This document shows positions 16,601 to 24,437 of a stretch of DNA of 56,401 nt, piece after piece. The notes beneath the pieces are model-generated. The model made no database searches and was not told the DNA's origin. It saw nothing but the letters and a program-made list of their open reading frames with translations. Within the stretch, counting starts at the first letter, position 1; each line of letters begins with the position of its first letter. Source of the stretch: Candidatus Rokuibacteriota bacterium (GTDB lineage Bacteria > Methylomirabilota > Methylomirabilia > Rokubacteriales > DASRDR01); NCBI GenBank assembly GCA_044866005.1, contig JBIOTN010000060.1, forward strand, positions 1-56,401, read 5' to 3'. A program made the translations under genes and the position numbers.

Positions 16601-18166
16601 CTCTCGCTCCCCGCGGCGCTCGCCGGGGGCTGGGAGCCCGATGCCGCGCGGCGCGAGCTCTGCCGGCGCCGGATCCGCCACGCCGGCCCGGTGGGCGTCG
16701 TGGACCTCGCGGCCGCGCTCGCCCTGCCGGTGGCGGAGGTCGCCCAGGCGCTCGCGGCGCTCGAGGCCGAGGGCCTGGTCTTCCGCGGCCGCTACGACCC
16801 GCGCGGCCCGGCCGAGCAGTGGTGCGAGCGCACGGTGCTCGAGCGGATCCACCGGCTGACGCTGGCGCGGCTGCGGGAGGAGATCGAGCCCGTCGCGCCC
16901 GCGACGTTCACCGACTTTCTGTGCCGCTGGCAGCGCGTCGGCCCGGACGCGCGGCTTCACGGCCTCGGCGGCCTCGGCGAGGTGCTCGCCCAGCTCCAGG
17001 GGCTCGAGCGGCCGGCGCTCGCCTGGGAGCGGGACATCCTCCCCGTCCGCCTCGCCGATTACCGGCCCGAGCTGCTCGATCAGCTCACGCTCTCGGGCGC
17101 GTACCTCTGGGGACGCGTGGCGTCCGAGCCCTGGGACGGCGACCTCCCGGGCGCGCGGCCCGGCGGCCCGCCGCCCGTCGCGTTCCTCGGGCGAGCGGAC
17201 CTCGGCTGGCTGCGTGCCGGCGTCGAGGGCCCGGCGCGGGTGGAGGCGCTGGGCGGCGCCGCGCGCGCGGCGCTCGCCGCGCTCGAGAGCCGGGGGGCGC
17301 TCTTCGTGGACGAGCTGGCGCGCCTCTGCCGGCTCGAGCCCCCGGACCTCCTCGCCGCGCTCTGGGAGCTCTGCCGGAGCGGCCTCGTGACGAGCGACGG
17401 CTTTCACGCGGTGCGCCTCCTCGGGTCGCTCGAAGGCCGGCAGGGGCTGCGCCACGCGCGCGCCGAGGGGCGCCCGACCCGGTCCGCCCTCCGGCTCCGG
17501 GTGAGCCTGCGGACGCTGCCGGGCCGCTGGTCGCTCCTCCCGCCCGGCGAGGCCGACCCCGAGGCACGCGCCGAGGCCTGGGCCGACCTCCTGCTCGCCC
17601 GCTACGGCGTGGTCTTCCGCGAGGTCGCCCGCGAGGAGGCGGGGGCGCCAGCCTGGCGCGAGCTCGCGGCGGTCTACCGTCGGCGCGAGTTCGCCGGCAC
17701 GGTGCGCCGCGGCGTCTTCGTGCAGCCCGCCTCCGGCGAGCAGTACGCGCTGCCCACGGCCGTCGATCACCTCCGGGAAGTCCGGCGCCGCCCGGATAGC
17801 CGGCATCTGGTCCTCTCCGCGGCGGACCCCGCCCTGGGCTACGGCACGGTCTTCCCGGAGCCGCGGCTCGTCCACCACCCGGGCCACCTGGTCGTGCTGC
17901 GGGCGGGCCGGGCCATCGCGGGCCTGGAAGGGACGCGCCTCTGGACGGCGCCCGACCTCGGCGACGAGGCGCGGGGCGAGGCGGTGCGCGCGCTGGTCGC
18001 CGAGCGGCGAGGCCGCCGGCTGGTGGTCGAGACGGTGGAGGATGTCCCCGCGTTCGCCTGTCCGTGGCTCCCGCTCCTGGCCGACCTCGGCTTTCACGGC
18101 GACGGCGAGCGGCTCCTCTTCGACGGCCACCCCGGCCCGCGCCCCCGACCCCACGGCGCTCCCTGA
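13676..18166 (+). CDS. lhr: Lhr-family ATP-dependent DEAD/DEAH helicase, full length with C-terminal domain
   Basis: APTGSGKT, YVSPLKAL, TTPES, DEIH, GLSAT, AHHGS, SLELGID and QRVGRSGH motifs. C-terminal GRW..LLARYGVVFRE..R.E..G..RRG.F region; about 1500 aa. Confidence 0.9.
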   Translation: MDPVLSRFHPAVRAWFNRRFAGPTEPQRLGWPAIAAGEHTLITAPTGSGKTLAAFLWTLDALVQAAAAGRLEDRIAVVYVSPLKALNNDIHRNLAEPLAGIREVARGLGLALPELRAAVRTGDTPAHERLAMGRRPPHILITTPESLFILLASERMRAALAAVRHVIVDEIHAVAGSKRGVHLAVTLERLQELARTPPVRIGLSATVEPVADVAALLTGAETPGTPPRPCRVVDVGRRRTLDLAVVAPTGDLGAVATNAVWDATYEHLATLIRQHRTTLVFANSRRLAERLAVRLTERLGPDTVAAHHGSLSRRRRLLAEARLKAGEIRAIVATGSLELGIDVGAIECVCQVESPRAIATAIQRVGRSGHWLGATPKGRIVALTRDDLLECAALVRAIRAGRLDRVEIPRRPLDVLAQQVVAAAADSEWDADRLFDLVRRAMPYRDLPRADFDAVLHMSAERLPTEPKGAGPRLHWDRVRGRIRGRRGARLAVVTSGGTIPDTTNYEVVLEPEGLKLGEVEEDFAQESMQGDIFTLGNAPWRIRRVQRGRMVVESAAGLPPTIPFWHGEAPGRTAELSQGVARLRAELRERLGDPEAAARWLVDEAALTLDAARQAVEFVARQQAAVGLVPTDTELLAERFFDSLGGTQVVLHAPYGMRVNRAWGLALAKRVCRSFNFEIQSAATDDAVLLSFGPRHAFPLETIWSYLAPATVRETLVQAVLQAPLFETRFRQAAIRALVILRHGAGRRVPAYLQRLRATDLLAACFPEQQMCLDNRAADLDVPVPDHPLVQETLRECLEEALDLPRLQALLEGIRLGTIRTTAREVPAPSPFAHKILAAWDYAFVDDAPREERRSRTVQTHRGLLREVASGDQLAGVLDPDAIERVAQEVGGRAPASRARDADELCEALKDAGPQTEAELGFRVGGDPAPWLARLAAEGRVLRAGRGAGPPVWIAVESLALCRAAYPALAEETALSLPAALAGGWEPDAARRELCRRRIRHAGPVGVVDLAAALALPVAEVAQALAALEAEGLVFRGRYDPRGPAEQWCERTVLERIHRLTLARLREEIEPVAPATFTDFLCRWQRVGPDARLHGLGGLGEVLAQLQGLERPALAWERDILPVRLADYRPELLDQLTLSGAYLWGRVASEPWDGDLPGARPGGPPPVAFLGRADLGWLRAGVEGPARVEALGGAARAALAALESRGALFVDELARLCRLEPPDLLAALWELCRSGLVTSDGFHAVRLLGSLEGRQGLRHARAEGRPTRSALRLRVSLRTLPGRWSLLPPGEADPEARAEAWADLLLARYGVVFREVAREEAGAPAWRELAAVYRRREFAGTVRRGVFVQPASGEQYALPTAVDHLREVRRRPDSRHLVLSAADPALGYGTVFPEPRLVHHPGHLVVLRAGRAIAGLEGTRLWTAPDLGDEARGEAVRALVAERRGRRLVVETVEDVPAFACPWLPLLADLGFHGDGERLLFDGHPGPRPRPHGAP

Positions 18167-18236
18167 GCCTCGCCGCCGGGCCGATACCCGTCGCATCTCG
18201 GCGTCCTCGGCCCGGCTGCCCTCCGATACCCACGCG

Positions 18237-19151
18237 ATGAGCGCGCCGGCGGCGCGCGTCGCGCCCGGGATCCTCCTCATCACGCTCGCCGCCGTCACCT
18301 GGGGCACGACCGGCGCCACCATGACGCTCGTCGCCCGCGATTCGCCGATGTCGCCGCTTCTGGTCGGCTTCTTCCGCGTGGCGATCGCGGCGCCGTGTCT
18401 CTGGCTCGCGGCCCGCGCCCTGGCGGGCCCGCTCCGGCTGCCGCCGGCCGGTGACCGCAGGCGGCTCGTGCTGGCCGGCCTCGCCATGGGGGGCTACCAG
18501 GTCTGCTACTTCTACGGGGTCGCGAAGACGTCGGTGGCGGTCGGCGCGCTCATCGCCATCTGTAGCGCGCCCCTGATCATGTCCGGGCTCGCGGCGGCGA
18601 TGCTCCGCGAGCGGGTGACCGGGGCGACGGCGATCGCGCTGCTCGTCGGCGTGACGGGCGCGGGCCTCCTGACGACCGGACCGCACGGCCTGGGCGCGCT
18701 GCCGCCCGGGTTCGGGGGCGGCATCGTCCTCGCGCTGGGGGCCGGGCTCTGTTACGCGCTCTACGCGGTGCTCGCGAAGGAGGCGGTGGCGCGCGTGTCG
18801 CCGGTTCCCCTCGCCGCGGTGACGTTCTCCGTGGCGGCGCTCGCGCTCACGCCCGCGCTCGCCGCGGAGCCGGTGAAGGCCGGGGCGACCGGCTGGGCGC
18901 TGCTCGTCTACCTCGGCCTCGTGCCGACGGCCTTCGCCTACATCCTCTACGTCGTCGGCCTCCGGACCACGCCGGTCGCCGTGTCCGGTGTCCTCTCCCT
19001 CGTCGAGCCGCTGACCGCGACCTTGCTCGGCGTCCTTTTCTTCGGCGACCGGCTCGGCCGCGTCGGCGTGCTCGGCGCGGGCCTGCTGATCGCGGCCGTC
19101 GCCCTCCTCGCCACCCGCGCCCGGGGCTCGCCTTCCGAGACCCCCGAGTGA
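18237..19151 (+). CDS. EamA/DMT family transporter
   Basis: Two hydrophobic repeat halves with WGTTG, LVYLGLVPTAFAY and LVEPLTATLLG motifs. Confidence 0.9.
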   Translation: MSAPAARVAPGILLITLAAVTWGTTGATMTLVARDSPMSPLLVGFFRVAIAAPCLWLAARALAGPLRLPPAGDRRRLVLAGLAMGGYQVCYFYGVAKTSVAVGALIAICSAPLIMSGLAAAMLRERVTGATAIALLVGVTGAGLLTTGPHGLGALPPGFGGGIVLALGAGLCYALYAVLAKEAVARVSPVPLAAVTFSVAALALTPALAAEPVKAGATGWALLVYLGLVPTAFAYILYVVGLRTTPVAVSGVLSLVEPLTATLLGVLFFGDRLGRVGVLGAGLLIAAVALLATRARGSPSETPE

Positions 19152-19152
19152 A

Positions 19153-21123
19153 CTAGACGGCGGCGAGACGCGTGGCGGCCCGCTCGAGGTCGCGGTGGGC
19201 AAGCCCGGGACGGCCCAGGTCGTCGCCCGCCGACACCACGAGGGTCGAGCAGTCCGGCCCCGGTCGGGCCCGCCGGATGATCACGCGCTCCCGGCCGAGC
19301 CGCAGCGCGATCGACTGGATCGGCCCCAGGCTCCCGGGCTCGCCGTCGCTTTCCAGGAGCTCGTGGAGGTCGCAGGCGATCCGCCCGATGCGCTCGCCGT
19401 CCGTGCCCTGAGCGAGCAAGAGGTAGAGGAGGAGCCGTCCGCTCGGATCCCGGAAGGCGAGCGGCGCGACCGGCCCGCCGCCCCCGAACGACGGGCTCAG
19501 CGGGGCCAGCCGACGGGGCGCCGGCGCGCTGACGAGCGCCGCCGGAGGCTCGCCGCTGCCGGGCACACTCGGCGGCGCCGCGGGCGTGCCGCCATATCCG
19601 GCGGCGGCGCGACGCGAGAGGACCTCGAGCAGGGCGAGCGAGCCGCGCTGGGCCACCGCCGCCACCAGGACGGGCGCCCGCGTGCCGAGCGGAGCGAGCG
19701 GAGTGAGCACCATCCCCCCGCCCGCGCCCCGCAGCGTCGCTTGGGTCAGGCTCGCCCGGGCCGCGCTTTCCGTCAGGCGCGACAGCGCCCGGAACGCGCC
19801 GCGCGCCACCCCGTCCGTCGCCAGCCGCCGCGAGGAGACGGTGTAGAGCGTCATGCCCATCAGCACCTGGGCGTCGATACGGAGCCCGCCCACCCGCGCG
19901 AGGCCGGCGCAGACGCGCTCGGCCTCGGCCGTGTGCTCCGGGAGCAGGGCGGCGGCCGGCGTGACCTCGCCGGTGATCGGGCGCGGCTCCGGCGGCGCGG
20001 GCGAGGCGCTGGCCGGGGCGGGCGGGGCCGGCGGGAGCAGAGTCGGGAGCGGCCGCCCCACGGGAAGCGGCGTCACGATCAGCCCGTCCCCGGCGCCAGG
20101 GCGGACCGCGGGCGGCGCTTCGGTCACGGCCATGGCCGCTGCCGGCAGCGTCCCGGGGCTCGCGGGGCCGGGATCCGGCGCTTTCCCGGCGGGCTCCGGA
20201 TCGCCCGGGGGGAGGGGGGCGAGCGGCTCGATGGGCGCGGGACGCCCGGCGGACGAGGTCGAGTCCCGCAGCGGCGGCGCGGGGGCGAGCCGCCCGAGTG
20301 CGGGAGCCGCGGGGGCGACCGGCGCCTCCCGCCCGGCTCCGACCGCTGGCGGCCTCCCTTCCGCGGCCGGCGCGGCGGGCAGCGCCGCGGGCCCGGGAGG
20401 GCCGACCGTCCCGGCATCGCGCGCGAGCGCGGCCGCGCGAGCGAAGAGGGGCAGGGCCGCGGGCCGCCCCGGCTCGGCCGCCGTTGGCCCCGTCGGCGGC
20501 GGCAGGGTCTCCGGTCTGCCCCCCCCGCCGGGTCGCGGGACCGCTCCCGCGTCGGCCAGCCCGCGGAAGGTCGGGGGCGTCGCCGCCCGCATGGGCGGCG
20601 GGGGCGCGAAACGGGCCGGGGGCGGGGCCAGGACGCGCGTCGGCGCCGGGGTCAGGCGGGTCGGCGGCGGCGTGAAGTCCTCCAGCACCGGGACCGGACC
20701 CGGCGCCCCGGCTGGCTCCGGCCGACGCTCCGCGATCAGCAAACCCCGGAAGGGCCAGACCGCCAGCGGGACGGACACGAGCTGGAGGAGCGGCACCGCC
20801 GGCGAGGCCCAGAGCGCTTGCTGGAGGGGCACGGCGAGCGGGAAGGGGCCGTCCGCGGCGTAAAGGGCCTCGGCCGCGAAGCCGAGCGCCAGCTGGACCC
20901 CGCACAGCACGGCCGTCCCGACGATCCGGCCCGGCCCGGACAGCCCCGGCAGGCAGAAAAAGAGAAGGGCGTAGACGACCAGCGGCGCCACGAGCACGAG
21001 CCAGGGAGGGGCCGCGGGCAGCGCGTGCGGGTCCGCGCCGACCAGCAGGGCCGGCGTCCAGAGGTAGAGGACCAGGCCGCCCACGGCGACCAGCCACGAG
21101 GACGGCTGCGCGAGCGTCCGCAT
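19153..21123 (-). CDS. Membrane-anchored protein with Pro/Ala-rich linker and C-terminal Roadblock/LC7-like repeats
   Basis: About four N-terminal hydrophobic segments, a long Pro/Ala tract, then two segments resembling Roadblock ends (LTQATLRGAGGGMVLTPL...VLVAAV; LGPIQSIALRLGRERVIIR...LVV...RPGL). Last gene of the che operon. Confidence 0.6.
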   Translation of the reverse strand: MRTLAQPSSWLVAVGGLVLYLWTPALLVGADPHALPAAPPWLVLVAPLVVYALLFFCLPGLSGPGRIVGTAVLCGVQLALGFAAEALYAADGPFPLAVPLQQALWASPAVPLLQLVSVPLAVWPFRGLLIAERRPEPAGAPGPVPVLEDFTPPPTRLTPAPTRVLAPPPARFAPPPPMRAATPPTFRGLADAGAVPRPGGGGRPETLPPPTGPTAAEPGRPAALPLFARAAALARDAGTVGPPGPAALPAAPAAEGRPPAVGAGREAPVAPAAPALGRLAPAPPLRDSTSSAGRPAPIEPLAPLPPGDPEPAGKAPDPGPASPGTLPAAAMAVTEAPPAVRPGAGDGLIVTPLPVGRPLPTLLPPAPPAPASASPAPPEPRPITGEVTPAAALLPEHTAEAERVCAGLARVGGLRIDAQVLMGMTLYTVSSRRLATDGVARGAFRALSRLTESAARASLTQATLRGAGGGMVLTPLAPLGTRAPVLVAAVAQRGSLALLEVLSRRAAAGYGGTPAAPPSVPGSGEPPAALVSAPAPRRLAPLSPSFGGGGPVAPLAFRDPSGRLLLYLLLAQGTDGERIGRIACDLHELLESDGEPGSLGPIQSIALRLGRERVIIRRARPGPDCSTLVVSAGDDLGRPGLAHRDLERAATRLAAV

Positions 21124-21142
21124 CAGAATGGCGCCATCGTCG

Positions 21143-21985
21143 TCACATCGCCCGCAACAGCTCGGGCAAGGCGCGCTTGACGCTGTATCGGACCTTCCCG
21201 AGCGCGGTCGGGTCGCGCAGCACGATCGCCAGGAGCGCGGCGGGCCCCATCGCGTTCAGGAGAATGACCCCACCCTCGTACTCGAGGATCATGGCGTGAA
21301 GCGTCCCCTGGCCCAGCTCGCCGCCGATCCCGTCCGAGGCTTCCGCGAGGCACGAGGCCCAGGCCCAGGCCACTTCGGTCTCGATGCCGAGGTCCCCTGC
21401 CGACTCGATCAGAAAGCCTTCGCGGTCCACGAGCCCGGCCAGGACCACGCCCGGCATCCCCGCGAACTGCGCGAGCGAGGTCTTCAGATCGGGCGGCGCC
21501 GCCGGCGGGTTCGCCTCCTGGAAGGGGTCGTGCACCGTCGAGGCGGCCGGCGCGGTCGAGCCCGGAGCGGGCTCGGCCGACCGCGGCAGCGCGCTCGGGC
21601 CGGGCAGGGCCCCGTTCCCGGCAACCGTCAGGAAGCCGTCGATCTTCCGCACGAGCTCTTCCGCGGCGAAGGGCTTCCGCATGACGTCGTCGGATTGCAC
21701 CTGGGCGGCGCGCTCCAGCACGGTGCCGTTCACGATCCCGGAGATCAGCAGGACCGGCGTCTTGTGGAGCGCGGGATGGCCCTTCACGAACTCGCAGATC
21801 GCGTAGCCGTCCTTGTCGGGCATGATGACGTCGCAGATCACCACGTCGGGCGTCTCGCGCTCGATCGCCTCGATGGCCTCGTCGCCGGACGAGGCCGACA
21901 GGACCTGAATGCTCCGGGCCGCCAGGGCGCGCTCGACCACCTTCCGCACGCTCAGGCTGTCGTCGACGACGAGGACCTTGGGCAT
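21143..21985 (-). CDS. Response regulator receiver fused to a Roadblock/LC7 (MglB-like) domain
   Basis: REC with VVDDS, ICDVIMP, ISG and RKPF. C-terminal GVVLAGLVDREGFLIES...GGELGQGTLHAMILEYEGGVILL...LGKVRY is a Roadblock pattern. Confidence 0.85.
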   Translation of the reverse strand: MPKVLVVDDSLSVRKVVERALAARSIQVLSASSGDEAIEAIERETPDVVICDVIMPDKDGYAICEFVKGHPALHKTPVLLISGIVNGTVLERAAQVQSDDVMRKPFAAEELVRKIDGFLTVAGNGALPGPSALPRSAEPAPGSTAPAASTVHDPFQEANPPAAPPDLKTSLAQFAGMPGVVLAGLVDREGFLIESAGDLGIETEVAWAWASCLAEASDGIGGELGQGTLHAMILEYEGGVILLNAMGPAALLAIVLRDPTALGKVRYSVKRALPELLRAM

Positions 21986-22004
21986 CGCCTGCCTCCGAGC
22001 CGAC

Positions 22005-22430
22005 TCAGCGAACCGTCGAACGCTCCGGCGACTCCGCGGCGCGCGCCGGCGGGCGCTCGCTCGTCGAAGTCCCGCGCAGGAGCTCGCCGACCTGGCCGAC
22101 CAGCGTCGAGAGCGTGAATTTGCCGGCGATGACCCGGCTCACCCCTGCGCGGCCCGCGGCGCCGGGGACGGGGCCGGCCGGACCGGTCAAGAGCAGGAAC
22201 GGAATGGACCGCGTGGCGGGATCGGCCCGGATGATCGAGCAGAGCTCGTAGGCGTCCATGTCCTGGATCTCCGGCAGGCTGACGATCACGTCCGGCCGGT
22301 CCCGCTCGAGCATCGTCAGGGCAAACGAGCCGCTCAGCGCGACCGCGACCTCGTAGCCGGACTCCACCAGCGCCTTCTGCAGGGCCACGAGGTTGTCCCA
22401 GGCCGCGTCGATCAGGAGCACCTTAGCCAT
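22005..22430 (-). CDS. Single-domain atypical (pseudo-)receiver protein
   Basis: REC fold (KVLLID...PDVIVS...ELCSIIRADPATRSIPFLLLT), but the phosphoacceptor Asp position is Leu. Confidence 0.75.
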   Translation of the reverse strand: MAKVLLIDAAWDNLVALQKALVESGYEVAVALSGSFALTMLERDRPDVIVSLPEIQDMDAYELCSIIRADPATRSIPFLLLTGPAGPVPGAAGRAGVSRVIAGKFTLSTLVGQVGELLRGTSTSERPPARAAESPERSTVR

Positions 22431-22821
22431 ACGGACCTCCCAGTTCCGCCGGATCCAGGACCGTGACCGTCTCCCGGAACCGGTCGTCTCCCGCAGGTGC
22501 GAAGCCGACGACCTCGTCCACCGGGAACGCCAGCTCTCCGTGGTCGCTGCGCACGACCACGCACAGGGCGGGCAGCGTGAGCGGCCGCGCGCCGCGGCTC
22601 CCGAGACGCGGGCCGAGGTCCACCAGCGGGATCAACCGCCCCCGGTGGAGGGCGATCCCCAGCGTCGCGGGGTCGTCGGCGGGCAGCGGCGTGTACGAGG
22701 CGATCCGGTCCACGGCGACGATCCGGCCGACCGGGAGCGCGATGCGCCGCGGGCCCAGGGCGCACACGACGAGGCTCGGTCGCGGCGGCGACACGACGGC
22801 AGCGGTGCGGCGCCGCAGCAT
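22423..22821 (-). CDS. cheW: CheW-like coupling protein
   Basis: TPLP...LGIALHRGRLIPLVDL...LAFPVDEVVG. Confidence 0.8.
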   Translation of the reverse strand: MLRRRTAAVVSPPRPSLVVCALGPRRIALPVGRIVAVDRIASYTPLPADDPATLGIALHRGRLIPLVDLGPRLGSRGARPLTLPALCVVVRSDHGELAFPVDEVVGFAPAGDDRFRETVTVLDPAELGGPYG

Positions 22822-22828
22822 CGCCCGC

Positions 22829-23329
22829 TCACCCGGCCGCCGGCCCGGCGACCGCGGCCCGCGGGAGCGCGGGGACGGTCGGAGCCGCCGCCTCGTTCAG
22901 GATCCCGTCCACGCGGATCACCGGCACGATCCGGCTCCCCAGCCGCGCCAGCCCGGCGAACCACTCCCGCTCGCGCCCCCGGAACACGGGCGACAGCGGC
23001 TGGATCGCGGCCTCCTCGAGGGGGGCGAGCCTGACGAGGGCGTCCACCACGAGACCGGCGCTCCGCTCCGTCCCTTCCACCACGAGGACGAAGCGGGTCG
23101 GCTCGGCGGACGGCGCCAGGCGAAACAGGGCCCGCAGATCGAGGAGCGGATAGGCGCGGTCCTGGCACCGCACCTCGGTGCCCAGCCCGGCAGTGGCCGG
23201 GAGCGAGTGCTTGACGTGCGCGGCGACGATCGCGTACTCGACGCCGGCCAGGCTGAAGACGACGTAGCGCCGCGCGGGCGGCGTCGTCGCGGGGGTCGCG
23301 CTCGGGGCCGGGTCGCGCCTAAGCCCCAT
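22829..23329 (-). CDS. cheW: CheW-like coupling protein
   Basis: YVVFSLAGVEYAI...YPLLDLR...AGLVVDAL...IVPVIRVDGIL. Confidence 0.75.
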   Translation of the reverse strand: MGLRRDPAPSATPATTPPARRYVVFSLAGVEYAIVAAHVKHSLPATAGLGTEVRCQDRAYPLLDLRALFRLAPSAEPTRFVLVVEGTERSAGLVVDALVRLAPLEEAAIQPLSPVFRGREREWFAGLARLGSRIVPVIRVDGILNEAAAPTVPALPRAAVAGPAAG

Positions 23330-24437
23330 CGCTCCCCCTCCTCTGGTGTCCGGCCAGCTCGCGAAGGCACGTGACCATCCGCTCCGGGAGATCGGCCAGC
23401 GGGACGATCACGTCCACGCCGCCGGCCTCGGCCGCCGCCCGCGGCATGCCGTAGACGAGCGAGGAGGCCTCGTCCTGCGCGAGGACGCGACCACCCGCAC
23501 GCCGGATCGCCGCGCTCCCCGCCGCCCCGTCCCGTCCCATCCCGGTGAGCACGACGCCGAGGGCGAGGGGTCCGGCATGCCGGGCCACCGAGGTCATGGC
23601 GGCGTCCGCCGATGGGCCGCCGCTCTCGTGCGCGGCGGGACCGAGCGCGACGACCCCGGAGGCCGAGACCGTCAGGTCCTGGGCCCCCGGCGCGACGTAG
23701 ACGGTCCCGGGTGCGAGCCGCTCGCCGTCCTCGGCTTCCTTGACGCTCAAGGCGGACCGCGCCGCCATCTCCCGCGCGAGCTGCGCCGTGTACCGAGCCG
23801 GCATGTGCTGGACGACGACGACCGGCGCCGGGAGGTCGCGGGGCAGCGCCGGGATGAGGCTCAGCAGCGCGGCGGGGCCGCCGGTCGACGCGGCGACCAC
23901 GGCGCAGAGAGGACCGGACCGCCCGGGGCGCGAGGAGGCGGGGGATCGGCGGGCGTTCCGCGCGGACCCCCGCTCGAGCGCCCGGCCGTCCGCCGGGGCC
24001 GCCGTCCGGATCGGCCGGACGCGGGCCGCCATCTTCACCTTCTGGATCACCGTGTCCCGCAGGGTCTCCAGGCCCACGGCCACGCTCGGCGAGGGCTTGG
24101 CGACGAAGTCCACCGCCCCGAGCTCCAGGGCGCGAATGGTGGCGGCCGAGCCCTCGCGCGTGTGTGAGCTGATCATCAGGATGGGGGTCGGGCGCTCGGC
24201 CATGATCCGGGCGACCGCGGCCAGGCCGTCGGCGTGGGGCATCTGCACGTCCATGGTGACGACGTTCGGCGCCAGCGACGCGACCGCGGCCACGGCCTCG
24301 ACGCCGTCGGCGGCCAGTCCGACGACCTCGATCTGGGGGTCGGAGGCGAGGAGCTGGCGGATCACCCCCCGCATGAAGCCGGAATCCTCGACGACGAGCA
24401 CCCGGATCCGGCCCTTCGGCGGCTGCGGGGGGATCAC
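23319..24437 (-). CDS. cheB: Chemotaxis methylesterase CheB (REC + esterase)
   Basis: ASTGGP, VQHMP and LTGMGRDGA catalytic Ser/His/Asp motifs; N-terminal REC (TMDVQMP). Confidence 0.95.
   Translation of the reverse strand: MIPPQPPKGRIRVLVVEDSGFMRGVIRQLLASDPQIEVVGLAADGVEAVAAVASLAPNVVTMDVQMPHADGLAAVARIMAERPTPILMISSHTREGSAATIRALELGAVDFVAKPSPSVAVGLETLRDTVIQKVKMAARVRPIRTAAPADGRALERGSARNARRSPASSRPGRSGPLCAVVAASTGGPAALLSLIPALPRDLPAPVVVVQHMPARYTAQLAREMAARSALSVKEAEDGERLAPGTVYVAPGAQDLTVSASGVVALGPAAHESGGPSADAAMTSVARHAGPLALGVVLTGMGRDGAAGSAAIRRAGGRVLAQDEASSLVYGMPRAAAEAGGVDVIVPLADLPERMVTCLRELAGHQRRGSDGA

Noticed and set aside
12046..18487. Very long alternative ORFs (12046..17799 +, 14204..18487 -; likewise 4856..8368 -, 24533..27550 + and many others)
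   Set aside because: Arg/Gly/Pro/Ala-rich shadow frames overlapping genes with clear family motifs; expected in very GC-rich DNA where stop codons are scarce.
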